Counted from the first letter of the stretch, positions 1 to 9,576 are shown. The stretch: DNA of 54,664 nt from Nitrosomonadales bacterium (GCA_016183575.1 JACPEI010000048.1:848-55511), one strand, 5' to 3'. Program-made: numbers and translations. The notes: generated by a model not told the origin, from the sequence alone.

Positions 1-62
1 GGGAATGACGGCATGTGTATCGTAAATTACGTAATGATCAACAATCGAGCAGGAATACAAGA

Positions 63-857
63 ATGAACGACAATCTCATCATCGCAGGCAAGAGCTACTC
101 GTCCCGGCTGCTGGTCGGCACGGGCAAATACAAGGACTTTGCCGAGACCCAGGCGGCGGTCGAGGCGAGCGGCGCGGAGATCATCACGATTGCGATCCGC
201 CGCAGCAACATCGGGCAGAACCCGAACGAGCCTAGTTTATTGGAAATCCTGCCGCCGTCGAAATACACGCTGCTGCCCAACACCGCCGGCTGCTACACCG
301 CCGACGACGCGGTGCGCACGCTGCGGCTGGCGCGCGAGCTGCTGGACGGGCATACGCTGGCCAAGCTGGAAGTTCTGGGCGACCCGCAGTCGCTGTATCC
401 AAACGTGGTCGAGACAATCGCCGCCGCGAAGACGCTGGTCGCGGAAGGCTTCCAGGTGATGGTGTACACCTCGGACGACCCGATCATCGCGAAGCAGCTC
501 GAAGACATCGGTTGCGTCGCGATCATGCCGCTGGCCTCGCTGATCGGCTCCGGCATGGGCATCCTGAACCCGTGGAATCTGCAACTGCTGATGGAGCGCG
601 TGCAGGTGCCGGTGATCGTCGATGCGGGCGTCGGCACCGCGTCGGACGCCGCGATCGCGATGGAACTGGGCTGCGACGGCGTGCTGATGAACACCGCAAT
701 CGCCGCCGCGCAGAATCCGGTGCTGATGGCCGGCGCGATGAAGAAAGCTGTGGAAGCCGGGCGTGAGGCCTATCTGGCCGGACGCATGCCGAAGAAACTA
801 TACAGCGCCAGCCCGAGCTCGCCGACGGCTGGGATCATCAGCTCGGTACGCAGTTAA
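63..857 (+). CDS. thiG: Thiazole synthase
   Basis: [40 protein letters not shown] motifs. ATG at 63 preferred over the ORF-track start at 15. Confidence 0.96.
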   Translation: MNDNLIIAGKSYSSRLLVGTGKYKDFAETQAAVEASGAEIITIAIRRSNIGQNPNEPSLLEILPPSKYTLLPNTAGCYTADDAVRTLRLARELLDGHTLAKLEVLGDPQSLYPNVVETIAAAKTLVAEGFQVMVYTSDDPIIAKQLEDIGCVAIMPLASLIGSGMGILNPWNLQLLMERVQVPVIVDAGVGTASDAAIAMELGCDGVLMNTAIAAAQNPVLMAGAMKKAVEAGREAYLAGRMPKKLYSASPSSPTAGIISSVRS

Positions 858-865
858 TCACGAAC

Positions 866-896
866 CCGCTCACCCTGAGATTCGAAGGGCGAACGG
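866..896. repeat. Short imperfect palindrome of CCTGAG..TCGAAGG type
   Basis: CCGCTCACCCTGAGATTCGAAGGGCGAACGG; same CCTGAG/TCGAAGG core as the insertion in trmB (1545-1568). Confidence 0.55.
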
Positions 897-941
897 CTTC
901 AGTCTCTTATGACTCAGCGCTTCACATTTTATGAGCAGATT

Positions 942-1019
942 CGTAGCCCTGATGGAGCGTTAGCGGAATCCGGGGACTTCGGCGTTCCCCGGATTTCACT
1001 GCGTTTCATCCGGGCTACG
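942..1019. repeat. GTAG-type REP doublet
   Basis: CGTAGCCC-GATG...ATCCGGGG / CCCCGGAT...CATC-GGGCTACG inverted arms with GTAG/CTAC ends. Confidence 0.75.
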
Positions 1020-1055
1020 TGTTTGGTTCCGGCTCGCCCGGCTTAGGTTAATCGA

Positions 1056-1766
1056 ATGCCCGACACACCCGATTTCAGTAAAAGACATATCCGCAGCTAC
1101 GTGCTGCGCCAAGGTCGTGTCTCGCCCGCGCAGCAGCGCGCGGTGGAAATGCTGCTGCCGCGCTTCGGCATCCCCTACGCCGCGCAGCCGCTCGATCTGG
1201 ATCAGGCCTTCGGACGCGCGGCGCCGAAGATCCTGGAAATCGGTTTCGGCATGGGCGACAGCACCGCGACCATCGCGCTAGCGCATCCCGAGAACGACTA
1301 CCTCGCACTCGAGGTGCACACGCCGGGCGTGGGCAACCTGCTGAAACTGATCGATTTGCAACAGATACCCAACATCCGCATCATCCAGCACGATGCGGTG
1401 GAAGTGCTGCGCGATATGCTCGGCGACGAGTCGCTGGACGGCGTGCATATCTTCTTTCCCGACCCGTGGCACAAGGCGCGTCATAACAAGCGCCGCCTGA
1501 TCCAGGCACCGTTCGTCGCGCAACTGGTGCAAAAACTCAAACCCGCCTGTCCTGAGCTCGGTCGAAGGGGCGGCTACCTCCATGTCGCCACCGACTGGCA
1601 GGACTACGCCGAACAAGTCTTGCGCGCATTGAGTGAAGAGCCGCTGCTGGAAAACACCGCGGCGGATTATGCGCCGCGCCCCGCCTACCGCCCGCTCACC
1701 AAGTTCGAGAAACGCGGCATCAACCTGGGGCATGGGGTGTGGGATTTGGTGTTCAAGCGGAAATGA
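1056..1766 (+). CDS. trmB: tRNA (guanine-N7)-methyltransferase, with 8-aa repeat-derived insertion
   Basis: [44 protein letters not shown] motifs. Confidence 0.96.
   Translation: MPDTPDFSKRHIRSYVLRQGRVSPAQQRAVEMLLPRFGIPYAAQPLDLDQAFGRAAPKILEIGFGMGDSTATIALAHPENDYLALEVHTPGVGNLLKLIDLQQIPNIRIIQHDAVEVLRDMLGDESLDGVHIFFPDPWHKARHNKRRLIQAPFVAQLVQKLKPACPELGRRGGYLHVATDWQDYAEQVLRALSEEPLLENTAADYAPRPAYRPLTKFEKRGINLGHGVWDLVFKRK
1545..1568 (+). repeat. In-frame 24-nt palindromic insertion in trmB (ACPELGRR)
   Basis: GCCTGTCCTGAGCTCGGTCGAAGG interrupts the conserved KLKP|GGYLH motif. Confidence 0.75.
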
Positions 1767-1768
1767 CC

Positions 1769-1913
1769 CGTAGGTCGGGTTAGGCCGCGGGCCGTAACCC
1801 GACAAATTCCAGACCGCAACAAAGAGCGTCGAGTTGCTTTGCATAGCCATCTGACTAGGCTGTCCAAGAACGACAGCAAGTCATTGGTTAACGCTGCGCT
1901 AACCCGACCTACG
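1769..1913. repeat. REPIN-like element (GTAG REP pair with spacer)
   Basis: CGTAGGTCGGGTTAG (1769-1783) and its exact reverse complement CTAACCCGACCTACG (1899-1913), between convergent trmB and hemW. Confidence 0.8.
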
Positions 1914-1918
1914 AGTTC

Positions 1919-3118
1919 TTAGTCTTTCGCCGTAAGAAAAATCTCCAACAGGTCATTCAAAAAGCGCTGCCCCAGCTTGGTCGGCGCAATGCGCTGATGA
2001 TCCCTGAATAACAGCCCGCGCCGCTCGGCCTCCTCCAGCTCGCGGCGAATGCCAAGCAGCGGCAGGCTGGTGCGCTCCTGGAACAGCACGCTGTCGAAAC
2101 CCTGATTCAAGCGCAGCGCGTTCATCATGAACTCGAACGCCAGCTCGTCGCGCCCCACTTCATGCTCGCTTTGCAGCGGCGTGCCTTTTGCCACCTGTTC
2201 CATATAGGCCTGCGGCTGCCTGTGGCGCGCCTGGCGGATCACCTTGTCGTGGAAACTCAGCTTGCTGTGCGCGCCCGCGCCGATGCCGAGGTAATCGCCG
2301 AACTGCCAGTAGTTCAGGTTGTGGCGCGACTGCCGCTTCGGCTGCGCGAAGGCGGAAGTCTCATAGTGCTGATAGCCATGCGCTGCCAGCAACTCTTCGA
2401 TGCGTTGCTGCATGTCGCTGCTCGCGTCGTCGTCCGGCAGCGATGGCGGATTGCGATGGAACAGCGTGTTCGGCTCCAGCGTCAGGTGATAGCAGGACAG
2501 GTGTTGCGGCGCGAACGTCAGCGCGGTCTGCACGTCCTGCAACGCCTGATCCAAAGACTGTTTCGGCAATGCGTACATCAGGTCGAGATTGATGTTGTCG
2601 AAATGCCGCTGCGCGATCTCGATCGCGCGTCTCGCTTCGTCGGCGCTGTGGATGCGCCCCAGCGCCTGCAGATGCGTATCGTTGAAACTCTGGATGCCGA
2701 GCGACAGACGGTTCACGCCCGCGTCGCGGTAGGCGGCGAAGCGTACCGCCTCCACCGTGCCGGGATTGGCCTCCAGCGTGATTTCCGCGCCGAGGTCGAG
2801 CGGCAGCAGCATGCGCACATTGCGCAGGATCTCCGCGACGCCCTCGCCGCTCAACAGGCTGGGCGTGCCGCCGCCGAAGAACACCGTGTAGACCTTGCGC
2901 CCCCAGATCAGCGGCAGGGCCAACTCCAGGTCGCGTACCAATGCCGCGACATATGAGTCCTCTGAGAACCCCCCGCGCGCCTCATGCGAATTGAAGTCGC
3001 AATACGGGCATTTGCGCACGCACCACGGGATATGGATATACAGCGACAGCGGCGGTAACGCCTGAAAATTCACGGCCTGCGCCTTGAGCGCGACGGGTTG
3101 CAGCGAGTGAGCGGTCAT
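1919..3118 (-). CDS. hemW: Radical SAM heme chaperone HemW (HemN-like)
   Basis: LYIHIPWCVRKCPYCDFNSH, FFGGGTPS, EITLEANP, HNLNYW. ATG at 3118 overlaps the rdgB stop (ATGA). Confidence 0.92.
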   Translation of the reverse strand: MTAHSLQPVALKAQAVNFQALPPLSLYIHIPWCVRKCPYCDFNSHEARGGFSEDSYVAALVRDLELALPLIWGRKVYTVFFGGGTPSLLSGEGVAEILRNVRMLLPLDLGAEITLEANPGTVEAVRFAAYRDAGVNRLSLGIQSFNDTHLQALGRIHSADEARRAIEIAQRHFDNINLDLMYALPKQSLDQALQDVQTALTFAPQHLSCYHLTLEPNTLFHRNPPSLPDDDASSDMQQRIEELLAAHGYQHYETSAFAQPKRQSRHNLNYWQFGDYLGIGAGAHSKLSFHDKVIRQARHRQPQAYMEQVAKGTPLQSEHEVGRDELAFEFMMNALRLNQGFDSVLFQERTSLPLLGIRRELEEAERRGLLFRDHQRIAPTKLGQRFLNDLLEIFLTAKD

Positions 3119-3714
3119 GCGCCGCCGCCGGATCGAAGCCTGTCCAGCAACACCTTCAGCGCCTTGCCGCGATGGCTGATGGCATGTTTTTGTTCGCGCG
3201 ACAGTTCCGCGCTCATCTTGCCCAATTCCGGCAGCCAGAACAGCGGGTCGTAGCCGAAGCCGCCGTCGCCGCGCTCCTGATGGGCGATCTCGCCGTGCCA
3301 TTCGCCCTCGGCGATCAGCGGTTGCGGGTCGTCGGCATGGCGCAGCAGCACCAGCACGCAGTAGTAATGCGCGCGGCGATCCGCCACGCCCTGCATGTCC
3401 TGCAGCAGTTTTTCGTTGTTTTTTTGATCTGATTTCGGGTTGTCTCCGGCATAGCGCGCGGACTGCACGCCGGGCGCGCCGCCCAGGGCCGTGACGCAGA
3501 TGCCGGAATCGTCCGCCAGCGCGGGCAGGCCGCTCAGGCGGCTGACATGGCGCGCCTTGGCGAGGGCGTTTTCGATGAAGGTGACGTGCGGTTCTTCGGC
3601 CTCTGCGATGCCGAGCTGCGCCTGCGTCAGCACCTCGATGCCGAGCTGCTGCAACAGAAACTGGAATTCGCGCAGTTTGCCGACGTTGTTGGAGGCGATG
3701 ACGAGTTTATTCAT
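3115..3714 (-). CDS. rdgB: Non-canonical purine NTP pyrophosphatase (RdgB/HAM1)
   Basis: ASNNVGKLRE, ADDSGI, GFGYDPLF, SHRG motifs; conserved rph-rdgB-hemW order. Confidence 0.95.
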   Translation of the reverse strand: MNKLVIASNNVGKLREFQFLLQQLGIEVLTQAQLGIAEAEEPHVTFIENALAKARHVSRLSGLPALADDSGICVTALGGAPGVQSARYAGDNPKSDQKNNEKLLQDMQGVADRRAHYYCVLVLLRHADDPQPLIAEGEWHGEIAHQERGDGGFGYDPLFWLPELGKMSAELSREQKHAISHRGKALKVLLDRLRSGGGA

Positions 3715-3741
3715 GATTCTATTTTCACAATAATGGTGCAT

Positions 3742-3796
3742 TGTAGGAGCGGGCCATGCCCGCGATTTATGGTCGCGGGCATGGCCCGCTCCTACA
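3742..3796. repeat. GTAG-type REP doublet
   Basis: TGTAGGAGCGGGCCATGCCCGCGA and its perfect reverse complement TCGCGGGCATGGCCCGCTCCTACA, separated by a short spacer. Confidence 0.9.
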
Positions 3797-3800
3797 TGAT

Positions 3801-4514
3801 TCAGGATAACGCTGCCCGCTGCATTTCAATCAGTTGTTCGATGCCGGATTTCGCCAGCTCCAGCAGCTCGTCCATCTCGGTGCGGGTGAAGGCGTGGCCT
3901 TCGGCGGTGCCCTGCACTTCGACGAAGTGGCCGTTGCCCAGCATCACCACGTTCATGTCGGTGTCGCAGGCGGAGTCTTCCGCATAATCCAGGTCCAGCA
4001 CCGGTGTGCCCTGGTAGATACCGACCGAGATTGCGGCGATGAAATCCTTGAGCGGGGTTTCCTTTACCAGCCCCTTGCCCAGCAGGCCGCTCACCGCATC
4101 GTGCAACGCGACGAATGCGCCGGTGATGCTGGCGGTGCGCGTGCCGCCGTCTGCCTGGATCACGTCGCAGTCGATCACGACGGTGCGCTCGCCGAGCTTG
4201 CCAAGGTCCACCACGGCGCGCAGGCTGCGGCCGATCAGCCGCTGGATTTCCTGGGTGCGCCCGGATTGCTTGCCCTTGGCGGCTTCGCGCCCCATACGCT
4301 CGTTGGTGGAGCGCGGCAGCATGCCGTATTCCGCCGTCACCCAGCCCTCGCCGCTGCCCTTCTTGTGCGGCGGGACTTTCTCTTCGACGCTGGCGGTGCA
4401 GATCACCTTGGTGTCGCCGCATTCGATCAGCACCGAACCTTCGGCATGCTTGGTGTAGCGGCGGGTGATGCGAATAGCACGCAACTGGTGGGGCAATCTT
4501 TGACTGGGGCGCAT
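3801..4514 (-). CDS. rph: Ribonuclease PH
   Basis: [49 protein letters not shown]. Confidence 0.97.
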   Translation of the reverse strand: MRPSQRLPHQLRAIRITRRYTKHAEGSVLIECGDTKVICTASVEEKVPPHKKGSGEGWVTAEYGMLPRSTNERMGREAAKGKQSGRTQEIQRLIGRSLRAVVDLGKLGERTVVIDCDVIQADGGTRTASITGAFVALHDAVSGLLGKGLVKETPLKDFIAAISVGIYQGTPVLDLDYAEDSACDTDMNVVMLGNGHFVEVQGTAEGHAFTRTEMDELLELAKSGIEQLIEMQRAALS

Positions 4515-4526
4515 GATGTGTTCCTG

Positions 4527-4620
4527 GTAAGTAGTAAGTAGTAAGTGGGAAGTGGGAAGTTGTCAGTGGGTTTCCTACTTGCCACTGAGGCACAAAGTGC
4601 CGCTCTACTCCCTACTTCCC
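4527..4620. repeat. Heptamer-armed hairpin element, copy 1
   Basis: Tandem GTAAGTA/GGAAGTG-type heptamers, core CCACTGAGGCACAAAGTGCCG (4582-4602), then complementary TACTCCC/TACTTCC heptamers. Second copy at 51307-51400. Confidence 0.8.
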
Positions 4621-4624
4621 GAAT

Positions 4625-5419
4625 TTAAGTGATTTCAAGAATATGGCAAACGGGTATGTCGGTATCGTGGACGGCTTCGCGCTCTCCCCAGCGCAGCGCT
4701 ATGCCGGTGACGTTGTCGGCATGGCCGCCTTCGCGCTCCAGCGCGCGTGCGATGAGATTATCCAGCACCTCGGCAACGGGCTTTGCGGCAAATGCCTCGG
4801 CCAGCTCCTGGTCGGTGAACGGCCCCCACAGGCCGTCGCTGCCGAGCAGCAGCACGTCGCCGGATTGCAGCGCGACCGGTTTGCCGGGCTCCATATAAAA
4901 CATGTCCTCGACGCCGCCGAGGCAGTTGGTGATCTGGTTGCGCTGCGGGTGAACGCGCGCCTCTTCGGCGGTGACCATGCCCCATTCGAGCCACTGCTGC
5001 ACCATCGAATGATCGCGCGTCCTGGCCAATACCGCGCCGTCGCGCAGCAGATACAGGCGCGAGTCTCCGGCATGCCCCCAATATACCTTGCCGTCCTGGA
5101 TCAGCGCGGCTACGCCGGTCGATCCCGGAAAACCGCCCAATGCCTGGTCGTGCGCAATCCTCAGAATGCGTTCATGGGCATGGCGCATCGCGCCCGAAAC
5201 AAACTCATCAGGGTCGGCAATGCGCGGCTGCGCATCCCGGCCGAACGATTCGACAAACGTCCCGATAATCAGGTCCGCAGCCATCTCGCCGTGCAAATGC
5301 CCGCCCATGCCGTCCGCCAGCACCAGCAGCAATGCGTCACTGCTGTAGGCATAGGCGGCGCGATCCTGGTTGTATTTGCGGTTGCCGATATGGCTGGCCT
5401 GGTGTATCGAGAAATTCAT
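4625..5419 (-). CDS. PP2C/PPM-family Ser/Thr protein phosphatase
   Basis: GNRKYNQD, LADGMGGH, HAGDSRLY, TRDHS, SDGLW, ADNVT motifs; ATG at 5419. Confidence 0.9.
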   Translation of the reverse strand: MNFSIHQASHIGNRKYNQDRAAYAYSSDALLLVLADGMGGHLHGEMAADLIIGTFVESFGRDAQPRIADPDEFVSGAMRHAHERILRIAHDQALGGFPGSTGVAALIQDGKVYWGHAGDSRLYLLRDGAVLARTRDHSMVQQWLEWGMVTAEEARVHPQRNQITNCLGGVEDMFYMEPGKPVALQSGDVLLLGSDGLWGPFTDQELAEAFAAKPVAEVLDNLIARALEREGGHADNVTGIALRWGEREAVHDTDIPVCHILEIT

Positions 5420-5501
5420 GGGCGAACAGGGAATTTGACAGGTCGCAATCGTAATATAATGCGCCGCTCCAGCACAGCCCTTTATTTTGGAAGCCCTTGC
5501 C

Positions 5502-6395
5502 ATGATACTCAGCATGACCGGTTATGCCATTGCCAGCGCGGAACTCGACAGCGGATCACTGACGCTGGAGCTGCGCGCCGTCAACCATCGCTATCTGGAC
5601 ATCCAGTTGCGCATGCCGGACGAATTGCGCGGCATCGAAGGCGCGCTGCGCGAGGCGCTCAGCGCGCAATTACAGCGCGGCAAGGTGGAATGCCGCATCA
5701 ACTATGCGGCGCGCGGCGCGCAAAGCGGCGCGGCGCTGAACCGCGACCTGCTGCAACAGCTCGCCGCATGGAACAAGGAAGTGCAGGCGGCGCTGCCGGA
5801 TGCGCGCTCCCTGAGCGTGGCCGATGTGCTGCGCTGGAACGGCATGCTGGAAACGCCCGGCGCATCGGCGGACGAAATGCGCGCCGCGCTGCTCGACCTG
5901 CTGCAAGAGGTATTGCAGGAATTTTCCGCTTCGCGCGCGCGCGAGGGCGAGAAGCTCAAGGATTTTTTATTGCAGCGCGTGGAAAAAATCGAGGCGCTGC
6001 GCAGCGGTGTGATGCCGCATGTCCCCGCCGCGATCGCCGCCTACGAGCAGAAGCTCGCCGCAAGGCTGCGCGAGGCGATGCAGAACGCCCCGGCGCAGGA
6101 TGCCGGGACGCTGGGCATCAGCGACGAGCGCGTCCGCCAGGAGATCACGCTGTTCGCCAGCAAGATCGACGTGGACGAAGAGCTGTCGCGGCTGGCCAGC
6201 CATCTTGCCGAAATGCGCCGCATCCTCGCTCAGGGAGGCGCGGTGGGCAAGCGCCTGGACTTCCTGATGCAGGAACTGAACCGGGAAGCCAACACGCTCG
6301 GCTCGAAGTCGGTCGATGCGGAAGTGTCGCGCAGCGCGATGGAGATGAAGATCCTCATCGAGCAGATGCGCGAACAAATTCAAAACCTGGAGTAA
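5502..6395 (+). CDS. yicC: YicC/YloC family endoribonuclease
   Basis: SMTGY, VNHRYLD, RGKVEC, GKRLDFLMQELNREANT, EQMREQIQNLE. Confidence 0.93.
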   Translation: MILSMTGYAIASAELDSGSLTLELRAVNHRYLDIQLRMPDELRGIEGALREALSAQLQRGKVECRINYAARGAQSGAALNRDLLQQLAAWNKEVQAALPDARSLSVADVLRWNGMLETPGASADEMRAALLDLLQEVLQEFSASRAREGEKLKDFLLQRVEKIEALRSGVMPHVPAAIAAYEQKLAARLREAMQNAPAQDAGTLGISDERVRQEITLFASKIDVDEELSRLASHLAEMRRILAQGGAVGKRLDFLMQELNREANTLGSKSVDAEVSRSAMEMKILIEQMREQIQNLE

Positions 6396-6398
6396 ATC

Positions 6399-7016
6399 AT
6401 GCCTGGAAACCTGTTCGTCATCAGCGCGCCTTCCGGCGCGGGCAAGACCAGCCTGGTGCATGCGCTGCTCAACATCAATCCGCAGATCGATTTGTCGGTT
6501 TCCTATACCACGCGCAGCCCGCGTCCGGGGGAGCATGACGGCAAGGATTATCATTTTGTCAGCCGCGAGACCTTTTCCGCAATGGCGGGACGCGGCGAGT
6601 TCCTGGAAAGCGCAGAGGTTTACGGCAACCTGTACGGCACCTCGCAAACCTGGATCAGCCAGGAAATCACCAAGGGGCGCGATATTCTGCTGGAAATCGA
6701 CTGGCAGGGCGCGGCGCAGGTGCGCCGGCTGTTTCCCGAATGTATCAGCATTTTCATCCTGCCGCCTTCCATGGAGGCGCTGGAACAACGCCTGAAAGGG
6801 CGCGGCAAGGACAATGACGAAGTCATTGCCAGGCGCATGGCGGCGGTGCGCGAGGATGTCGCGCATATCGCCGAATTCGATTATGTTATTATCAACGACA
6901 ACCTGAATGAAGCGTTGCGCGAACTCAATGCTGTGGTGCTTTCCGCCCGGTTGAAATGCGCAACGCAATTGGCGCGTCATCAGGCATTAATCAACCAGTT
7001 ACAGAATCCGGAGTAA
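6399..7016 (+). CDS. gmk: Guanylate kinase
   Basis: SAPSGAGKTS P-loop, TTRSPRPGE, NLYGT, LEIDWQGA. Confidence 0.97.
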   Translation: MPGNLFVISAPSGAGKTSLVHALLNINPQIDLSVSYTTRSPRPGEHDGKDYHFVSRETFSAMAGRGEFLESAEVYGNLYGTSQTWISQEITKGRDILLEIDWQGAAQVRRLFPECISIFILPPSMEALEQRLKGRGKDNDEVIARRMAAVREDVAHIAEFDYVIINDNLNEALRELNAVVLSARLKCATQLARHQALINQLQNPE

Positions 7017-7019
7017 ACC

Positions 7020-7226
7020 ATGGCACGCATTACCGTCGAAGAATGTCTCACGCAAATCCCGAACCGCTTTGAATTGACGCTGGCTGCCGCCTACCGCGCG
7101 CGCCAGCTGGCCAACGGCGCAAGCCATCTGGTCGAAGAGAGCAATGACAAACCCACCGTCGTAGCGCTGCGTGAAATCAGCGAGGGTAAGGTGGGCAAGG
7201 AAATCCTCAACCGCGCCCAGGCGTAA
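7020..7226 (+). CDS. rpoZ: RNA polymerase omega subunit
   Basis: [28 protein letters not shown]; gmk-rpoZ-spoT synteny. Confidence 0.97.
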   Translation: MARITVEECLTQIPNRFELTLAAAYRARQLANGASHLVEESNDKPTVVALREISEGKVGKEILNRAQA

Positions 7227-7370
7227 CGGGGCGTTTAAAAACTACTGCGCTCGGCATGGCTGCGTTGCTCAAGGACTCAAAATGCTCATTTACTCAAATG
7301 TAAACTCCGCTTTTTCGTCCCTTCGCGCCTTGCCATGCCATCGCTCGCTACGTTTTTCAACGCCCCGTTA
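7224..7370. mobile_element. Putative MITE, 147 bp
   Basis: Terminal inverted repeats TAACGGGGCGTTTAAAAAC / GTTTTTCAACGCCCCGTTA (18/19 match), internally self-complementary, no credible ORF. Confidence 0.7.
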
Positions 7371-7385
7371 AAATCGTGAGCCTGC

Positions 7386-9482
7386 ATGGCCGACGCAGAT
7401 CTGCTTATCGAGGAAGCCTCCGCCTACCTTAAACCGCAGGACATCGTCTACGTCCGCGAGGCGATCGAATTCGGTCGCGCCGCGCATCAGGGTCAGACGC
7501 GCCAGTCCGGCGACCCGTATATTTCCCACCCGATTGCCGTCGCGCGCATCCTCACCACCCTGCATCTCGATGTCCAGGCGATCATCGCCGCGTTGCTGCA
7601 TGATGTAGTGGAAGACACCGAGGTCACCGCCGAACAGGTCGCCGAAAAATTCGGCAAGCCGGTCGCGGAACTGGTCGATGGGCTGAGCAAGCTGGACCGG
7701 ATCCAGTTTGAGACCCGCGAGGATGCGCAAGCGGAAAATTTCCGCAAGATGCTGCTGGCGATGGCTCGCGACGTGCGCGTCATTCTCATCAAGCTGGCTG
7801 ACCGGCTGCACAACATGCGCACGCTGGGATCCATGGCGCACGACAAATGCGAGCGCATCGCCCGCGAGACCATGGAAATTTACGCGCCGATCGCCAACCG
7901 CCTCGGCCTGAACGACATTTACCGCGAATTGCAGGATTTAAGCTTCAAACACCTGCACCCCAACCGCTACGCGGTGCTGTCCAAGGCGCTCAAGGTGGCG
8001 CGCGGCAACCGCCGCGAAGTGGTCAACAAGATACTCGATACAATACGGCAACGGCTGGCCGAGCTCAACATCCAGGCCGATGTGACGGGCAGGGAAAAAA
8101 ATATCTACAGCATCTACAAAAAGATGCAGAGCAAGTCGCTGGCCTTCGCCGAGGTGCTGGATATCTACGGCTTCCGCGTGCTGGTCAACGATTTCGCTTC
8201 CTGCTATATGGCGCTGGGCGCGCTGCACGGCTTGTACAAACCGATTCCCGGCAAGTTCAAGGATTACATCGCCATCCCCAAGGTGAACGGTTACCAGTCG
8301 CTGCACACCACGCTGTTCGGACCGTTCGGCACGCCCATCGAAATCCAGATCCGCACCCACGAGATGCACAAGATCGCCGATGCCGGCGTGGCATCGCACT
8401 GGCTGTACAAGAGCGGCCATGCTTCAATCAACGACCTGCACAAGAAGACCCACCTATGGCTGCAGGAGCTGCTGGAAAGCCTGAGCCAGAGCAGCGATTC
8501 TTCGGAATTCCTCGAGCACCTCAAGGTAGACCTGTTTCCCGACGAGGTGTATGTGTTCACGCCGAAGGGCAAAATACTCTCGCTGCCGCGCGGCGCGACT
8601 GCGGTGGATTTCGCCTACAGCGTACACACCGACATCGGCAATCACTGCATCGCCGTCAATGTCAACCATGAACTGGTGCCGCTGCGCACCGAACTCAGGA
8701 ACGGCGACCGCGTGGAAATCATCACTGCGCCGCAAGCCAGACCGAATCCGGCCTGGCTGGGTTATGTGACCACCAGCAAGGCGCGCGGCCATATCCGCCA
8801 CTTCCTCAAGACCCTGCAGTCCGGTGAATCCGCACAATTCGGCGAACGCCTGCTGAATCAGGCGCTGCTTGCGCTGGGGGTCAAACCGCAAGACATGGAC
8901 GAAACGCACTGGAACAAATTGCTCAAGGATACCGGTGTAAAAACACGCCAGGAAATGCTTGCCGACATCGGTTTGGGCCGCCGCCTCAATATAGTGGTAG
9001 CGCGGCAACTGGCTTGCATCGGCGAAACCCTGCCCAATGAAGCAGCGGCCAATCCGGTCATCACGATACAGGGCACGGAAGGCATGGCGGTGCAGTTCGC
9101 CAAGTGTTGCCGCCCGATTCCGGGCGACCCGATCATCGGTGTGCTCAAGAGCGGCCAGGGCTTAACGGTGCATACCCGCGACTGCCCGGTATTACCCAAA
9201 GGGCGTGGCGGCGAACAATGGCTGGATGTGGTGTGGGATAAGGACATCCACCGCCCCTTCGATGTCGGCATCAAACTGGTTGTCGCCAACCAGCGCGGCG
9301 TGCTGGCTAAGGTGGCGGCCGCGATTGCCGAAGCGGAATCCAACATCGAGAACGTCAGCTTCACCAATGAAGGCGAATGCACCGCACTGCATTTCACGCT
9401 GGAAGTGAACAACCGCCTGCACCTCGCCAACATCATGCGCAGCCTGCGCAAGATACCGGAAGTGATACGGATTATCCGGTAG
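7386..9482 (+). CDS. spoT: Bifunctional (p)ppGpp synthetase/hydrolase
   Basis: HDVVED hydrolase motif, KLADRLHNMRT, NGYQSLHT, EIQIRT, TGS and ACT domains. Confidence 0.95.
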   Translation: MADADLLIEEASAYLKPQDIVYVREAIEFGRAAHQGQTRQSGDPYISHPIAVARILTTLHLDVQAIIAALLHDVVEDTEVTAEQVAEKFGKPVAELVDGLSKLDRIQFETREDAQAENFRKMLLAMARDVRVILIKLADRLHNMRTLGSMAHDKCERIARETMEIYAPIANRLGLNDIYRELQDLSFKHLHPNRYAVLSKALKVARGNRREVVNKILDTIRQRLAELNIQADVTGREKNIYSIYKKMQSKSLAFAEVLDIYGFRVLVNDFASCYMALGALHGLYKPIPGKFKDYIAIPKVNGYQSLHTTLFGPFGTPIEIQIRTHEMHKIADAGVASHWLYKSGHASINDLHKKTHLWLQELLESLSQSSDSSEFLEHLKVDLFPDEVYVFTPKGKILSLPRGATAVDFAYSVHTDIGNHCIAVNVNHELVPLRTELRNGDRVEIITAPQARPNPAWLGYVTTSKARGHIRHFLKTLQSGESAQFGERLLNQALLALGVKPQDMDETHWNKLLKDTGVKTRQEMLADIGLGRRLNIVVARQLACIGETLPNEAAANPVITIQGTEGMAVQFAKCCRPIPGDPIIGVLKSGQGLTVHTRDCPVLPKGRGGEQWLDVVWDKDIHRPFDVGIKLVVANQRGVLAKVAAAIAEAESNIENVSFTNEGECTALHFTLEVNNRLHLANIMRSLRKIPEVIRIIR

Positions 9483-9538
9483 CTTTTATCAGACCGCTCA
9501 TTATCTTTAAACGTGAAACTCACGCAGCAATTCGTTTG

Positions 9539-9576
9539 CCTCCTCGCCCGCTTGCGGGAGAGGATTGAGGTGAGGG
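9539..9576. repeat. Degenerate CCCGCTTGCGGGAGAGG-type palindromic repeat
   Basis: CCTCGCCCGCTTGCGGGAGAGGATTGAGGTGAGGG hairpin plus G-rich tail; resembles a common intergenic repeat type (recollection, unverified). Confidence 0.45.

Noticed and set aside
1-10. GGGAATGACG may be the tail of a CGTCATTCCC...GGGAATGACG palindromic repeat
   Set aside because: Cut by the window edge; 10 nt is not enough evidence.
4643-6538. 631-aa ORF, and other long overlapping or antisense ORFs (12536-14116, 18952-20658, 50288-51850, 52007-53746)
   Set aside because: Shadow frames of well-supported genes in GC-rich DNA, with no recognisable motifs.
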